Shown piece after piece: positions 47,719 to 59,376 of a stretch of 64,000 nt of DNA. This DNA is from Candidatus Latescibacterota bacterium (lineage in GTDB: Bacteria; Latescibacterota; UBA2968; UBA8231). A model generated the notes under the pieces. The model ran no database searches and was not told the DNA's origin. It worked only from the letters and a program-made list of their open reading frames with translations. The position numbers and the translations under genes were made by a program. The stretch lies in assembly GCA_965197905.1 (NCBI GenBank), contig CBDAOB010000005.1:2080001-2144000 (forward strand). The letters run 5' to 3'. How positions within the stretch are numbered: the first letter of the stretch is position 1; every line of letters starts with the position of its first letter.

Positions 47719-48534
47719 ATGCTGAACATAGTGGTAGCGCTGCCTTCGGAAGCGGGTCCTCTGGTCGACAGATGGTCGATGAAACCTGCGGCTTCAAGCT
47801 CTTCGTATCCGCTGTATGAAGCCGAAGACAAACGTCTCATAGTCAGCGGCAGCGGCCGGGATGCGTCTGCCCTTGCGACCGCTTTTCTGGCCGGGCATAG
47901 TGGCCCAGGTGGCGCGGATGGCTGGCTCAACGTGGGCATTGCCGGCGCCGCGGGTTATCCGCTCGGAACACCGATACTCGCCCACAAGGTCGTCGACGGC
48001 ACGACGGATGCGACCTACTACCCCGCCATCACCTTCCGACCACCCTGCGTTACCGCCGCCGTCCAGACCGTGGACCAGGTGGAGCGTCAGTACGCCGGCT
48101 CTGACGCCTACGAGATGGAGGCGGGCGGATTCTGTCTGGCCGCGTCGCGCTTCGCTTCTGTGGAGCAGGTGCAAGTTTTCAAGATAATCTCCGATGGTCC
48201 CGAATCGCCGCCAGAGCAGCTCTCTAAAAACCTGATTCGGGACCTGGTAGCTGAGGTTGTACCGCAGGTGGAGGATGTAATCAACGAACTGGATCAGGTC
48301 GAAAAGCTGGTCGATCGCCAACGTTCGGATCCAGCGCATCTGGATCGATTCCGCAGTCGCTGGCACTTTACCGCCTCGCAGCAGCAGCAACTGCGCCGCT
48401 TGCTCCGGTCTCTCGAAGCCTTCGGCGACATCAGACAACCCACAGACGAGATCCTGGCTGTGATCGAATCCAGCCATCAGGTCCTCGCCACCTTGGAAAG
48501 CGAACTGGACCGATCCAGTTTGAGGCTGTGTTAG
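47719..48534 (+). CDS. nucleoside phosphorylase/nucleosidase-fold protein
   Basis: VALPSEA, SGSG, WLNVGIAG, YEMEAGG and KIISDG. Confidence 0.7.
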   Translation: MLNIVVALPSEAGPLVDRWSMKPAASSSSYPLYEAEDKRLIVSGSGRDASALATAFLAGHSGPGGADGWLNVGIAGAAGYPLGTPILAHKVVDGTTDATYYPAITFRPPCVTAAVQTVDQVERQYAGSDAYEMEAGGFCLAASRFASVEQVQVFKIISDGPESPPEQLSKNLIRDLVAEVVPQVEDVINELDQVEKLVDRQRSDPAHLDRFRSRWHFTASQQQQLRRLLRSLEAFGDIRQPTDEILAVIESSHQVLATLESELDRSSLRLC

Positions 48535-48544
48535 GGGGTGTCCC

Positions 48545-49561
48545 TTGTTCGACATCGTGTATGTGGAGGAGGAAATCGCGGATCACCCGCGGGCCGGAAA
48601 GGTGTTGGAGCGATTTCCTCACGCAGCGCGGGTTCCGTGCCGGCGGTACGGAGAGGTGTTTAATCGCAAGACACAGAATTTCCGAGTGCAGAAGCGTCAC
48701 CCGGCATTGATCCTGGCTCGCAAACATGGCCGCCTGGTGCTTCCCGCCCCACCTGAGTACGGGATCGGAGGCGAGCGAAATTTCTACTTCTCCCACATGC
48801 TCAACTGCCTCTACGACTGCCGCTACTGTTTTCTACAGGGCATGTACCGATCGGCGCACATGGTGCTCTTCCTCAACTACGAGGACTTTCAGCGAGAGAT
48901 CAGGGAAACGGTGTCGCGGAATTCGGACTCCTCCGTTCATTTCTTCACCGGGTACGACTGTGACAGCCTGGCGTTGGAACAGGTGTCGCTGTTCGTCAGC
49001 TCCTTTCTCAGCTTCTTCGCCGAGGAATCGCGTGCCTGTTTCGAGTTGCGCACCAAAAGCATTGCCACAAAACCTCTGCTCGCATCTAGGGCTTTGACCA
49101 ACTGCATCGTGGCGTTCAGTCTTTCTCCGGAGTCGGTAGCTAGAACCCTCGAATTGGGCGCCCCTTCCCTGTCACGACGGCTGGAGGCGATGGCTGAGTT
49201 ACAGCGTCATGGCTGGCCTCTGGGGTTGCGATTCGATCCGATCGTGTACCATGAGAACTGGACGCGGAACTACGAGGGACTCTTCGCCGCCGTTTTCCGC
49301 GCCGTGGACGGTGGTCAGGTCCATTCTGTCAGCCTCGGCCCCTTTCGCCTACCACGGCAGTATTACAAGACGGTTACACGGCTCTACCCTGAAGAAAGGA
49401 TGTTTGCTGGCCACTTGGCGGACAAAGAGGGCGTCGTCACCTACACGGACGAGATCAGACAAGAGATGCAGGAGTTCTGTCATCGACAGATTCTGCGTTA
49501 CGTCCGCCCGGATGCGTTCTTCCCCTGCGTCAAGCCCGACGGGATTGAGGTGCTCTCATGA
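48545..49561 (+). CDS. spore photoproduct lyase family radical SAM protein
   Basis: NCLYDCRYCFLQG, DSLALE, ELRTKS, AFSLSP and GLRFDP. Confidence 0.85.
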   Translation: MFDIVYVEEEIADHPRAGKVLERFPHAARVPCRRYGEVFNRKTQNFRVQKRHPALILARKHGRLVLPAPPEYGIGGERNFYFSHMLNCLYDCRYCFLQGMYRSAHMVLFLNYEDFQREIRETVSRNSDSSVHFFTGYDCDSLALEQVSLFVSSFLSFFAEESRACFELRTKSIATKPLLASRALTNCIVAFSLSPESVARTLELGAPSLSRRLEAMAELQRHGWPLGLRFDPIVYHENWTRNYEGLFAAVFRAVDGGQVHSVSLGPFRLPRQYYKTVTRLYPEERMFAGHLADKEGVVTYTDEIRQEMQEFCHRQILRYVRPDAFFPCVKPDGIEVLS

Positions 49562-50265
49562 AGCTGCTGGTCAGCGGAGCCACTTCGGGCATTGGTCGCG
49601 CAACCTGCGAGCGCTTACTGGCAGAAGGGAATGAGGTGTTCGGCGTGGCGCGCGACTTGAAGAAGTTCCCCTGCGATCATGCTCGCTACCACGCCAGGAG
49701 CCTGGATCTCGCCGATCTCGACAAGCTGCCCTCCAGGCTGAAGGAGCTCATCGAGATTGTAGGGACTCCAGAAGGCCTGGTGTGCAACGCCGGCGCCGGG
49801 CGTTTTGGAGAGCTGGAGCAGTTCTCTTACGCCCAGATATCCCACCTGATCGATCTGAATTTTACCAGCCACGCCTTCCTGGTCCGCGCTTTCTTGCCGC
49901 TCATGAAACGCGCGGGGCGAGGTAGAGTGCTGTTCGTGGGATCAGAAGCGGCGTTGCAAGGGGCACAGAAAGGGGCGGTTTATTGCGCCAGCAAATTTGC
50001 GCTGCGCGGGTTCGCCCAATCCCTGCGCGCCGAATGTGCTCGGTCCGGGATCGCCGTCTCGATCGTCAACCCCGGCATGGTGCGCTCGGATTTCTATCGG
50101 GATCTCCAGTTTGCGCCGGGGCAAGACGCCGACCATCATCTCGAGCCGGAGGATGTTGCGGAGGTCATCGTCGGCATCTTGAATGCGCGGCCGGAGGCCG
50201 TCGCCGAGGAAGTCAACATAACCCCTTTGAAACGCTCAATCGATTTTTCGGGGAGCAAAGATTGA
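49558..50265 (+). CDS. SDR family oxidoreductase
   Basis: GATSGIG, NAG, YCASKFA and NPG; overlaps the upstream stop. Confidence 0.92.
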   Translation: MKLLVSGATSGIGRATCERLLAEGNEVFGVARDLKKFPCDHARYHARSLDLADLDKLPSRLKELIEIVGTPEGLVCNAGAGRFGELEQFSYAQISHLIDLNFTSHAFLVRAFLPLMKRAGRGRVLFVGSEAALQGAQKGAVYCASKFALRGFAQSLRAECARSGIAVSIVNPGMVRSDFYRDLQFAPGQDADHHLEPEDVAEVIVGILNARPEAVAEEVNITPLKRSIDFSGSKD

Positions 50266-50302
50266 ACGGTTGCCGCGTTTTGATCCGCAGCCGCAAACGA
50301 GT

Positions 50303-53300
50303 CTAACGGACTAGAAGGAACCGGCGTGACTGGTGGAATTCGCCGACCTCGAGTCGGTAGATGTAGATACCGGATGCAACCTCGAAACCGGACTCATCCC
50401 GACCATCCCAGACAACCCGGTGATAACCCGGCCGCAGCTCGCCGGATACCAAGGTTCTCATCTTCTGACCCAGGACGTTGAAGACCTCCAGTGTCACCGG
50501 TGCAGGCCCAACTGAGCCACTCGGCGCCGCGACGGCAAACGGGATGATCGTTTCCGGGTTGAACGGGTTCGGATAATTGTGCAGCAAGGCAGACCGAACG
50601 GGTAGCTGTTTTTGCCGGGCCACAATGTACTGATACACTCGGCCGTCGACGGAGAGGATCTCCAAGTCCATGAGTTCCGGCGACAGATCCGCTGGCATAT
50701 CGAGGTAGGCAAGCACCCCATCGCCATCGACTGACACACCGTCGCTCTCCGCAACCAGCACGTGGGTACCGGATTCCTGATTCCAGTGGCGGAACTGGGT
50801 GCTGCGGTTCTCCCAGACGGTTCCAGATCGGTTTGCCACCGGTTCGGCCCCTGGGGGTAAGCGCAACGCGTAACCGATGATCGGTCCGACCTCGGCCACA
50901 CGCAACGCCTGGTTCTCGCTATCCAGATAAGCCCAGCCGCGAGGCCGGCTCTTCTTCTGTACCGCATTGGGCAGCAACACACCGATGCGGCCAAAGTTCT
51001 GGGCGAAGAGGAAGAAGTCGTCGTTGTTCACCTGATTATCTCTGTTGAAATCCGCCCCTTTCGCTTGCGACCAGACTGCTTGATCGGCGGAACTCGTCCC
51101 GAAATAGCGGACCCAGAAACCGAAATCCGCCATGTTGATCAGATTGTCGTCGGTTGCGTCCCCCGCGAGCAATGAGCTGGAGGAATCGGAGGAGACCGGA
51201 GAGGTCCAGTTAAAGGTCAGGTGCTTGCGCAACGAGTCGCCCACGGCGACGGAGTCTGTGGGCACCCTGCCCTGCAGATGGCTCGGTGGTTTGAGGAAAA
51301 CGCGGTAGGTATCCTTCGGAATCTGCACCAGCTCGAAGCGGCCGTTGTCATCAAGGGTGTACTGAATCCCCGCCTTCGTTCGATCCTCGTCGTTGAGGGG
51401 TGATTCCAGCGGCTTACCGTCGCGACGCACGAAATAGAGGCTCACCTGTTCGCCTAGATTGGGAGCCGTTCGGCCTTCAAGCGCCACTTGCCCGGTAACC
51501 TGGAAGTCGCTGATGGAGACCTGGGTCGGCCGCGACGGGATAAAGGGGAGTAGAAAGTTCCCGGTCAGCGCCTCGACGACCGCACTCTGCCGATTGAGGA
51601 CCGGGTCGTCGTCGATGCTGATGCTTGCCACCGTGTCTTTGGTGGTCCTGAACCATATCTCACCCAGCGGTATCGGATCGACGCCAGGAGGAATATTCAA
51701 GCTGGCGACGGAAAAGTTAATCTTGTTCCTGGCGCCGGGTTGCAATCGATTCTCCAGGAGGCTGAAGTTCCCGAGGCTGGCTGAATCGGGGCGAAACGGT
51801 ACGATTCCGGTAGTGGTGGAATCGGCTTGGACCAGATTCAAAGCGCTATCTTCGAAGGTGGCATAGAAGGAAAGACCGGCTATTCGGTGTTCCGCCGGCG
51901 TGATAAACGCCTTCACCCTGAGGGTATCGCCGATGCTGAGGCGCGGCTCGTTCACCAGCTGCAGCTCGAAAAACGGCGACGGCAGGGACGCAGCCGACAC
52001 CGTGTCTGACGGGGACGACCCAGTCAGCGCATTCCTCGCTTTTACGTTGTAAGGGTGGCCACGTCGATAAACCGCCGGTTCCCGGCTGTCACGCTGCCGT
52101 TGTAGTAGAAGGTATCTCCCAGGGTGGCCACGTCGATAAACCGCCGGTTCCCGGCTGTCACGCTGCCGATCTCAACGAAGGGTCCGGTGCCCGATTTCGA
52201 CCTGAAAACCGCGTATTCGGTGGTCCGGCCGATCTGTTCGTCAAGGTCGGGAGCCTGCCACATCACCTCAACCCGGCGGCCGAGATCGCGCTCCAGATCC
52301 TGCGCCACCACCGCCTCCGGCGGCCTGGGTGGATCCTGCCTGCGGTTGTCCGAATTCAGGAAGACCTGCAGCTGACTTTCGGCAGCGCTCAAAACGAGAA
52401 TATCGTTTGTACCGACGGTGTCGGAAGCGGCATCGATATTGACGATCTCAACCGCCCGCGAGGAAACCTCGGTGATCTGAATCTCCTTGGCGAAGAAGTC
52501 GCCCCTGCCGTCGTTTTCCAGGAAAGTGAGATTGGGGGCGCTGGCGCCTGCAACGACCAGATCGCTGAAGATGTCGGCGCTCAAATCTGACAGCGCCAGT
52601 CCGAGAGGCCGCATGCCCACTCCGATGCTGCGAACTCGCGTGAATGAACCTTCTCCGTCGTTGGCCAGAATGGCGATGTCCATCGACCCCCTGTTGGCGA
52701 CAATGATGTCGTTGTCGCCATCGGCATCGTAGTCTACCAACCTCAGGGCCGCCGGTTGAGTACCAACCGCGAAGTCCCTTCGTGCCTGATATCCGCCGCT
52801 GCGATCGCTGAGCAGGACCGAAACCGTACCCGCACCACTGTTGGCCACAACCAGATCTCCGTGTCCATCCGAGTTGAGGTTTCCTGCACCCAAGGCGCTC
52901 GGGGTGGCTTCGACCACTCGGGTGCTGCGAGCGTTGAAGGTTCCGCGGCCGTTGTTGAACAACAGGGTCACCGAGGGGTTGTCGCCATCCGCGACCGCGA
53001 GATCGACGTCGCCGTCGGCATCCAGGTCCATGGCGTGCACATCGGCAACCGCGTGCCCGATGTAGATGTCCTCGCGGCTGATGTCGAACTGTCCGCTGCC
53101 GTTGTTGCGCAGAATCGAGATGGTGCGGGCGACTCGATCGGCGACGACCAGGTCCGGTGCGGTTCCCAGAATCGAAGCGCTGGCGATGGACACCGGCTCA
53201 TCCCATGGCTCGTAGAGCGAGATGCCGCTCGGATAGATAGCACGCTGTCCCTCTGGAAACGCCCCGCTGCCGTCCCCGAACAGGACTCGGATGCGTCCCG

Positions 53301-55326
53301 ATGCACTGTCCGCTACCGCCACATCCCCATTGCCGTCCAGATTCCAATCTCCCACAATCATGCTGACGGGCCCTGGTCCCAAGGGGATCGCTTCCTGGGG
53401 AATCAAGGTAAGTGCGCCACCAGAACCTCTGAGTCCTACCTCCATCCGCCCAAGGGGTCCGGGTGCATCACTCTGGATCGTCAACGTCCCGGACTGATCG
53501 CCTGTGGTCAGGGGCAAGAAGGTTACCGTCAATGTGAAAAGCTCGCCAGGATCGAGGGTAAGGGGTGTCACGAACGGAACGCGAAACGCATCCCCATCGA
53601 CCTCGATGCGGCTTATGATCATCTCCGTGTTGCCGCTGTTGGAGATTTCGAGAGGCAACCCCTTGCCAGATCCAACGTCCACGGTGCCAAAGTCAAGGGC
53701 CGACTGGAGCACGGTCAGATCGGGTGCCGTGCCCAGACCATGCACCTCAATCTCGAACCGCGGCTGCATCGCCGAGTCGGTCAGAAAAACCAATCGTGTT
53801 TCTATTCCGCCCGGTACAAACGGCATAAAACGGATGGGCACCGCAAGGCGCTCGCTGGGTTGCAACGTCTGCGGTTCGAACGAGACTACGCGGAACGAAG
53901 CTGCATGCTCGAAGAGGGCGTTCTCCAGCAGTACCGGCGCGCTGCCGGCGTTTCGGAGCTCGATGGTCAAGTCCTCGAACTCCCCTATTCGAACCGTACC
54001 GAAAACCAGCGAGGTGAGATCGGAGGCAAGCTCCGCATGGACGCCGGTCCCGCGCAGGGGAATGCGAACGACGGGTTCGTCCTGATCGTTCGAGCGAATC
54101 TCCAATGTGTCCCGCGCCACACCACCGGCCTGGGGTAAAAACTGTAACCGCACCGTGATCGAGTTGCTCTCGCTCAAGGTCAGCGGGAATTCTGGGCTGA
54201 TCACCGAAAAGCTGCTGTTGTTGCCAAGGGTCAAGCTGGAGATCTGCAGATCGGCATCCCCGGCATTGCTCACGGGGAGGGTTCGGATCCGAGTGTTACT
54301 TACAGGTGTTTCACCAAATACGACCGGTGAACGCGCCAGCTGGATCAGTGATTCAGGTTCGAAAGATATCTCCCATACTCCCGGCTCCGGACCTACGCCT
54401 ACAATCCTTCTCGGATTTGTCGGCAGCGCAATGACATCCCGCGCGGTGAGTTTGGGCAATCCGGCATTGATGACCTCCCAGCCCTGCGTTCCCTTTATCG
54501 TGCGGTAGAATCCGCCGGTTGAGGTGGCAACGAAGACGCGGCTCTCATCACTTGGATCCACGGCCATGCTGCGAACGGCGAGTATATCTAGTCCGTCGTT
54601 CATCGGCAGCCAGTTCATCCCCCCATCCTCACTGCGCAAAACGCCCTGGGTGAAGGTGCCAACCAGCATATGAAGAGGATCAACGGAAAGGTGTACCGCG
54701 CGTACGCTCAGTCCGCTGAGAGTAGCGCCGAGCGCTTCCCAGGTCTGGGCGCTGTTGCGGCTGACAAACAACCCCCTTGCCGTTCCGGCATAGAAGGTGT
54801 CCGTGGAAATCGCCTCGATCGCGAACACGGTGTCGTCCCGCTGCGAGTCGCCTCCAGCGGCAAAGGAGGCACCATGGTTCACACTCCGGAAGACCCCACG
54901 ACCGAACGTTCCGACGTAGACCACCGCGTCGGCAGCAGCGGTGATGGAAAAGACCGCGGCATCCAAGTTAGCGGCTCTTGCCCACGTCGACCCGCCATCA
55001 TTGCTGGCATATAGACCGTCGCTCACCCCGGCGTAGATCCGCAACGGATCTGCCGGATCGATTTCGATACTCAGCACGCTGCCGTCGATCTCGGTCCCTC
55101 CAACCTCCTGCCAGGATTCACCCCCGTCGGCGCTGCGGTAGATTCCGTCCGCCGCGCCGGCGAACAGCCTGTTCGGTTCGGCGGGATCGAACTCGACCAC
55201 GTTGACCGTGGTTTCCAGGTCCCCCAAGCGGGTCCAAATGTTGTTTCCCGCGGTGGCAGCACTGCTCGCCACAAATGACAGGGCACATACACCAAGAAGC
55301 TGTCGCGTAAGTTGTCTCATATTCAT
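50303..55326 (-). pseudogene. giant secreted protein (BNR propeller, ASH/choice-of-anchor-D Ig domains, FG-GAP, FN3, cohesin, dockerin, FlgD tag) split by an insertion
   Basis: ORFs 52042-55326 and 50303-52000 join in frame as ...GDTFYYNVKARNALTG... once a 53-bp insertion is removed. Confidence 0.75.
52045..52168. repeat. 48-bp direct repeat; 53-bp insertion flanked by 7-bp CGTTGTA
   Basis: 52052-52099 equals 52121-52168; CGTTGTA at 52045 and 52098. Confidence 0.92.
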
Positions 55327-55341
55327 TTCACCATCTCGAAC

Positions 55342-58300
55342 TCAGCGTATCAGAAGCAGAGTTCGGGTCATCCGCTTGCCGTTGGCCCGCAACCTGTAGA
55401 AGTAGATTCCACTGGCGAGGCGATCGCCATTCGATGCTCTTCCATCCCACGCGGCGCTCCAGACACCGATGTCCTGGGGCTCGTCCACCAGGAGTCTCAC
55501 CCGCTGACCAAGTAGGTTGAATATCTCCAGTTTTACTTTTCCCGGTTCGGTGACGTTGTAGATAATCTTCATCGACGGACCAGTCGACGAGAACGGATTG
55601 GGGAAATGTTTCGGACCCGCGAGCATCGTTCTACTTTGCAAGCTAACCGTTCCCAGCCGAAAGAGTCCCAGTTTGTCGACCGCTACGGACAGTCGTCCGG
55701 TATCGGAATCGACGGTCGTGGGAAGCTCTTCCCAAACTCCAGCGGCTTCATCCCACCGCAGAACACCTAACAGCGCCTGGGGCGGAGCGAGGAAATTCAG
55801 ACTGACGGGGTGGTCGATCATCGGCTCCCCGTTGAGATCGACGAAATAGACCGGTCGGCCTTCGCTACCGGGTGGCACTTCACTTTCCGGCAAGCGATAT
55901 ACCAGGGCTAGATTTCCCGGCCCGGCCGCTGCATTCGGGACGTTCAACAATAGCTGTAGATCCGGGCTGTTTAAACGGCCGCCCGCCGCGTCCATCCAGC
56001 GCAGCGCGATGAGCTGTTGCAACGCGCCTTCGTTTCCGGCATTATCAATTCCGTGCAGATTCAACCCGACGACACGTTCGCCCGCTTGCGACGGGAACGA
56101 GTAGGTCCCGCGAAACTCTGTTTCGTCGGCCAGCTGTTCTACGGGAACAGCGGTGTCGTCCACCGTGAAGTCGGGGTTTTGCCTCAGGCTCTCGCTGGCC
56201 TTCACCGCAATTTCGAGAAAGTCCGAGAACACGGGATGTCGACCGATTTGCAGCGCGAACTGCGGGGGTGCAGAATCGCCTTGAATGACGATCTCCAGAT
56301 TCCCCATGGCACTGTTTCCCTGTGGATCCGTTGCGGTGATCGCGATTGATCGCGTTCCCGTGCTTCCCGCCGGTATCGACAGCCGTAAGAGAGAGCCATC
56401 GAGACGGGCGGCGACCCCCGATCCGGCGCTTACCTCCCAACTGATATCTGCGATCGGCGTATCTTCGTCGGTGACGAACAGATCCAGCAACAGAACTTCC
56501 TCTGCGACGCCGGCAGGAATCAGCAGCTGCGGAATCGGGCGCAGAATCGGCGCCATGCCACCCCTCAGGATGGCCACCTCCAACGGCGCCAGCGCCGCAT
56601 TGCCAAGCGGGTCTATTACGAGAAACTGAATCTGCTCCAAACCCGGTTCGCTTCCTTCGGCGTTCAAGGTGACGACATGGCTCGAGGAATCTATGGCGAC
56701 CGCCAGGCTGGTCTGGCCACTGAACGACCAGATCAAAAGTGAATCCGCGTCGTCGTCGACGACGAAGTCATCCAGATCCAACGAGTCGGAGGCACCCGCG
56801 GCGATCTCGATCCTGCTGAACGGACGGATCTGCGGAATCAGTCCCCGCCCTTTGACGATGACTCTCACGCTGGTGGTGCGGAAACGTCCGGTTCCGTCGG
56901 TAGCCGTGATCAATAATGTTTCACTCCCGGTAGAAGTAAGATCCGGCGCCGTCAGTCGAAGCCGGTTTGTATCGGGGCTCAGCGTCGCCTGCACCAGGCG
57001 TCCGGATTCAACCTGCCATTGGATGTTCCGCGCCTGTCCGTCGACGAATGCGTCCAACACCAGGCTGGTGTCCTGCCCGCCAGCAAAAAACTCGATGTCG
57101 GGGATCTCGATCAGGCCAAAAGTGGGCGGTAGGCCCACCTGCAGCACCACCGACGTCTCCTGGCCGGAGGTATCCACGACCTTGAGCAGTACCTGGGCAA
57201 CGGGAGATTGCATGTCGCCGGCAGGCACGCGCCGGATTATGAGTTGATGGCTGACCGGATCGATCTCAGCTTCTATCCCCTGGTCGCCTTGCACTTCCCA
57301 GAGCAGCTCGGAGGTGCGGTCCTCGTCGTCGGCGACGAAGTCGTCCAGGTCCAACTGGACCTCTGCTCGAAGGCTGTCCAGCACAACGGCTGGAATCTCG
57401 CGCACCAGCGGATTTGCACCTGGTGAAAGGATGAAGACGGGGATCATCGCACTGTCGCTCCGTTGACGATCGCTGACAGTGAGCGCTAACGCCCCCACCC
57501 TGTCTTCGGATCCGGAGCGAAGTGTTATGTTCCGCCTCGACTCATCGGAGACCACCTGCAGCCCCTCGGATCCGAATGAACTCCACTGGAGCACGTCGGG
57601 TTGTTGGTCCGGATCGGCGACCAGATCATCGAGCACCAAGGCTATCTCCGCATTGGTGGCCATTCGTATCGCCGGGGGCGCCATGATGCGCGGGCCCAGA
57701 TCGTCTTCGGGTCTGAGTACTTCGACTGCCAAAGAAGCGGTGCGTTGGTTCTGATCCGGATCGCGGACGGTCAACAAGACGGCGGCTGGACCGAAGAATC
57801 CAGGCGCATGGCTGACCTGTAGAACTCCGTTCTGCACGGCGGCCACAAGGCCGCTATCTCCCAGGGCGCTCCATATCAGACTGGAGTCGGGGCTGTCGTC
57901 CCTTACGAATTGTGCGAGAGACAGGCTGGCGCTCTGACCGCCGCGGAATCGCAGGGCAGGCAGCGCCGTGATCTCCGGTTCAACTGTTTCGCCCGGCGCC
58001 AGTACGACAACCACCTGGCGACCCACAGCCTGGGCACCGGAGCTGTCGCTAACCGTGTAGGACACAATTGCCCGGCCGGCGTTTTCCCCTCTGAGTACGA
58101 GTTCGTTGCCATCTCTCTCCGCCCGCACCCCATCGCCTGCCGTGAAATTGAACTGCAGATTGGAGAAATCGTCGTCTCTATCAGAAGCGAGCTGCGCCAA
58201 AGGCACGCGAACCTCCTCGCCCGCAGCGATCGGGTAGACGGGCGGCACCTTGCGGGTCTCGGGAGGATCGTTGACCGGAGTGACTATTACCGTGGTCGAA

Positions 58301-59376
58301 TCCACTGCAACCAGCTCGCGGGAATCCGTAACCGTAAACCGCACCTGCTCCCTACCGAAAAAGTCGGGACTTGCGGTGAAGGAGACCCCCCGGCTTTCGT
58401 TGATTACCACCTGAATATCGCTGCCGTCGCTGGTGTTCCAGCGCAAAGACTCGTCCGCGTCATCCAGGTCATCCACGAAGCCGTCCAAATCGAGATCGTG
58501 ATTGCTGGTATCTTCCGCGAAAACGACGGAGTCGGGGAAACCCGCGATCTTCGGCCGCGAAAAGACATCGATACTTACGGTGTCCGCGGCCATGATCCGG
58601 TCCCCTATCTCGGTCGCCGTGAAAATCATGCCTCTTCGACCGGTGAAACCGGCTCGTGGCGCCATGGTCACCAAGTTGGTCCCGCGTTCGATCACCGTCG
58701 GTATTTCGCTGAGGTTCGAGCTGATCCAGATTACCTCCGCCCCCGGCTGATCGACGAACGTGTCCAGATCGAAGACTTCCTTCGTTTCCCCCTCTATCAC
58801 CTGCACATCGGGCAGGGGCAGGATACGGAAACCGAAGACCTCGATCTCGGCGCTCCCAAGCGGTGTCGTGAAACGCTGCTCCGTTCCAGGCATCGCGGTG
58901 GAGACGTAATAGCTCAAGCGATCGTGACCTCTTTCTTCGATCGAGAGGTTGATTAGATCCCCTAGTGGTCGACGCACCACCTCCACCTGGAAACGAGCTA
59001 CGACACCTGCGGCGTTGGCGGATTGTCTTTGGTCGCCCGTTGCTCCCGATGCCTTAGTGAAACTGAGTATGGTTTCATCGCCAATGGTTTCCTTGCCGTT
59101 GACGAGAACGATACCTTCGACAAACGGAACGTCGGTGAACGGCTCGTCGGGATTCTCTGCCAACAAGCGGATATCAGCGGAAGGAAACGAAAGGAAGAAG
59201 CGGTACCCCGTTATCTCTTCGCCTTTGGTGTCAATCACCACCTCCATGTTGAGCTTCGACCCGATTTCGGTCTGGAACTGGCTGCCTCCGCCCTGTTGGC
59301 GCACCTCTATCGTAGCTGCGCGCAGGGATGCCGCGCTCAGGAGTAGCAGGAACGAAATATTTGCGATTCGTTTCAC
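55342..59376 (-). CDS. giant secreted protein: cohesin-like domain, tandem cadherin/Ig-like repeats, FlgD tag
   Basis: GTG 59376 overlaps the upstream TGA and gives a signal peptide; repeated LDLD.FV.D.D...L.W units; FPNPF..ASGIYFYRL. Confidence 0.8.
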   Translation of the reverse strand: MKRIANISFLLLLSAASLRAATIEVRQQGGGSQFQTEIGSKLNMEVVIDTKGEEITGYRFFLSFPSADIRLLAENPDEPFTDVPFVEGIVLVNGKETIGDETILSFTKASGATGDQRQSANAAGVVARFQVEVVRRPLGDLINLSIEERGHDRLSYYVSTAMPGTEQRFTTPLGSAEIEVFGFRILPLPDVQVIEGETKEVFDLDTFVDQPGAEVIWISSNLSEIPTVIERGTNLVTMAPRAGFTGRRGMIFTATEIGDRIMAADTVSIDVFSRPKIAGFPDSVVFAEDTSNHDLDLDGFVDDLDDADESLRWNTSDGSDIQVVINESRGVSFTASPDFFGREQVRFTVTDSRELVAVDSTTVIVTPVNDPPETRKVPPVYPIAAGEEVRVPLAQLASDRDDDFSNLQFNFTAGDGVRAERDGNELVLRGENAGRAIVSYTVSDSSGAQAVGRQVVVVLAPGETVEPEITALPALRFRGGQSASLSLAQFVRDDSPDSSLIWSALGDSGLVAAVQNGVLQVSHAPGFFGPAAVLLTVRDPDQNQRTASLAVEVLRPEDDLGPRIMAPPAIRMATNAEIALVLDDLVADPDQQPDVLQWSSFGSEGLQVVSDESRRNITLRSGSEDRVGALALTVSDRQRSDSAMIPVFILSPGANPLVREIPAVVLDSLRAEVQLDLDDFVADDEDRTSELLWEVQGDQGIEAEIDPVSHQLIIRRVPAGDMQSPVAQVLLKVVDTSGQETSVVLQVGLPPTFGLIEIPDIEFFAGGQDTSLVLDAFVDGQARNIQWQVESGRLVQATLSPDTNRLRLTAPDLTSTGSETLLITATDGTGRFRTTSVRVIVKGRGLIPQIRPFSRIEIAAGASDSLDLDDFVVDDDADSLLIWSFSGQTSLAVAIDSSSHVVTLNAEGSEPGLEQIQFLVIDPLGNAALAPLEVAILRGGMAPILRPIPQLLIPAGVAEEVLLLDLFVTDEDTPIADISWEVSAGSGVAARLDGSLLRLSIPAGSTGTRSIAITATDPQGNSAMGNLEIVIQGDSAPPQFALQIGRHPVFSDFLEIAVKASESLRQNPDFTVDDTAVPVEQLADETEFRGTYSFPSQAGERVVGLNLHGIDNAGNEGALQQLIALRWMDAAGGRLNSPDLQLLLNVPNAAAGPGNLALVYRLPESEVPPGSEGRPVYFVDLNGEPMIDHPVSLNFLAPPQALLGVLRWDEAAGVWEELPTTVDSDTGRLSVAVDKLGLFRLGTVSLQSRTMLAGPKHFPNPFSSTGPSMKIIYNVTEPGKVKLEIFNLLGQRVRLLVDEPQDIGVWSAAWDGRASNGDRLASGIYFYRLRANGKRMTRTLLLIR

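Noticed and set aside
52052..52168. Repeat-spacer-repeat resembling a mini CRISPR
   Set aside because: Only two copies, the repeat is coding sequence of the host gene, and there are no cas genes.
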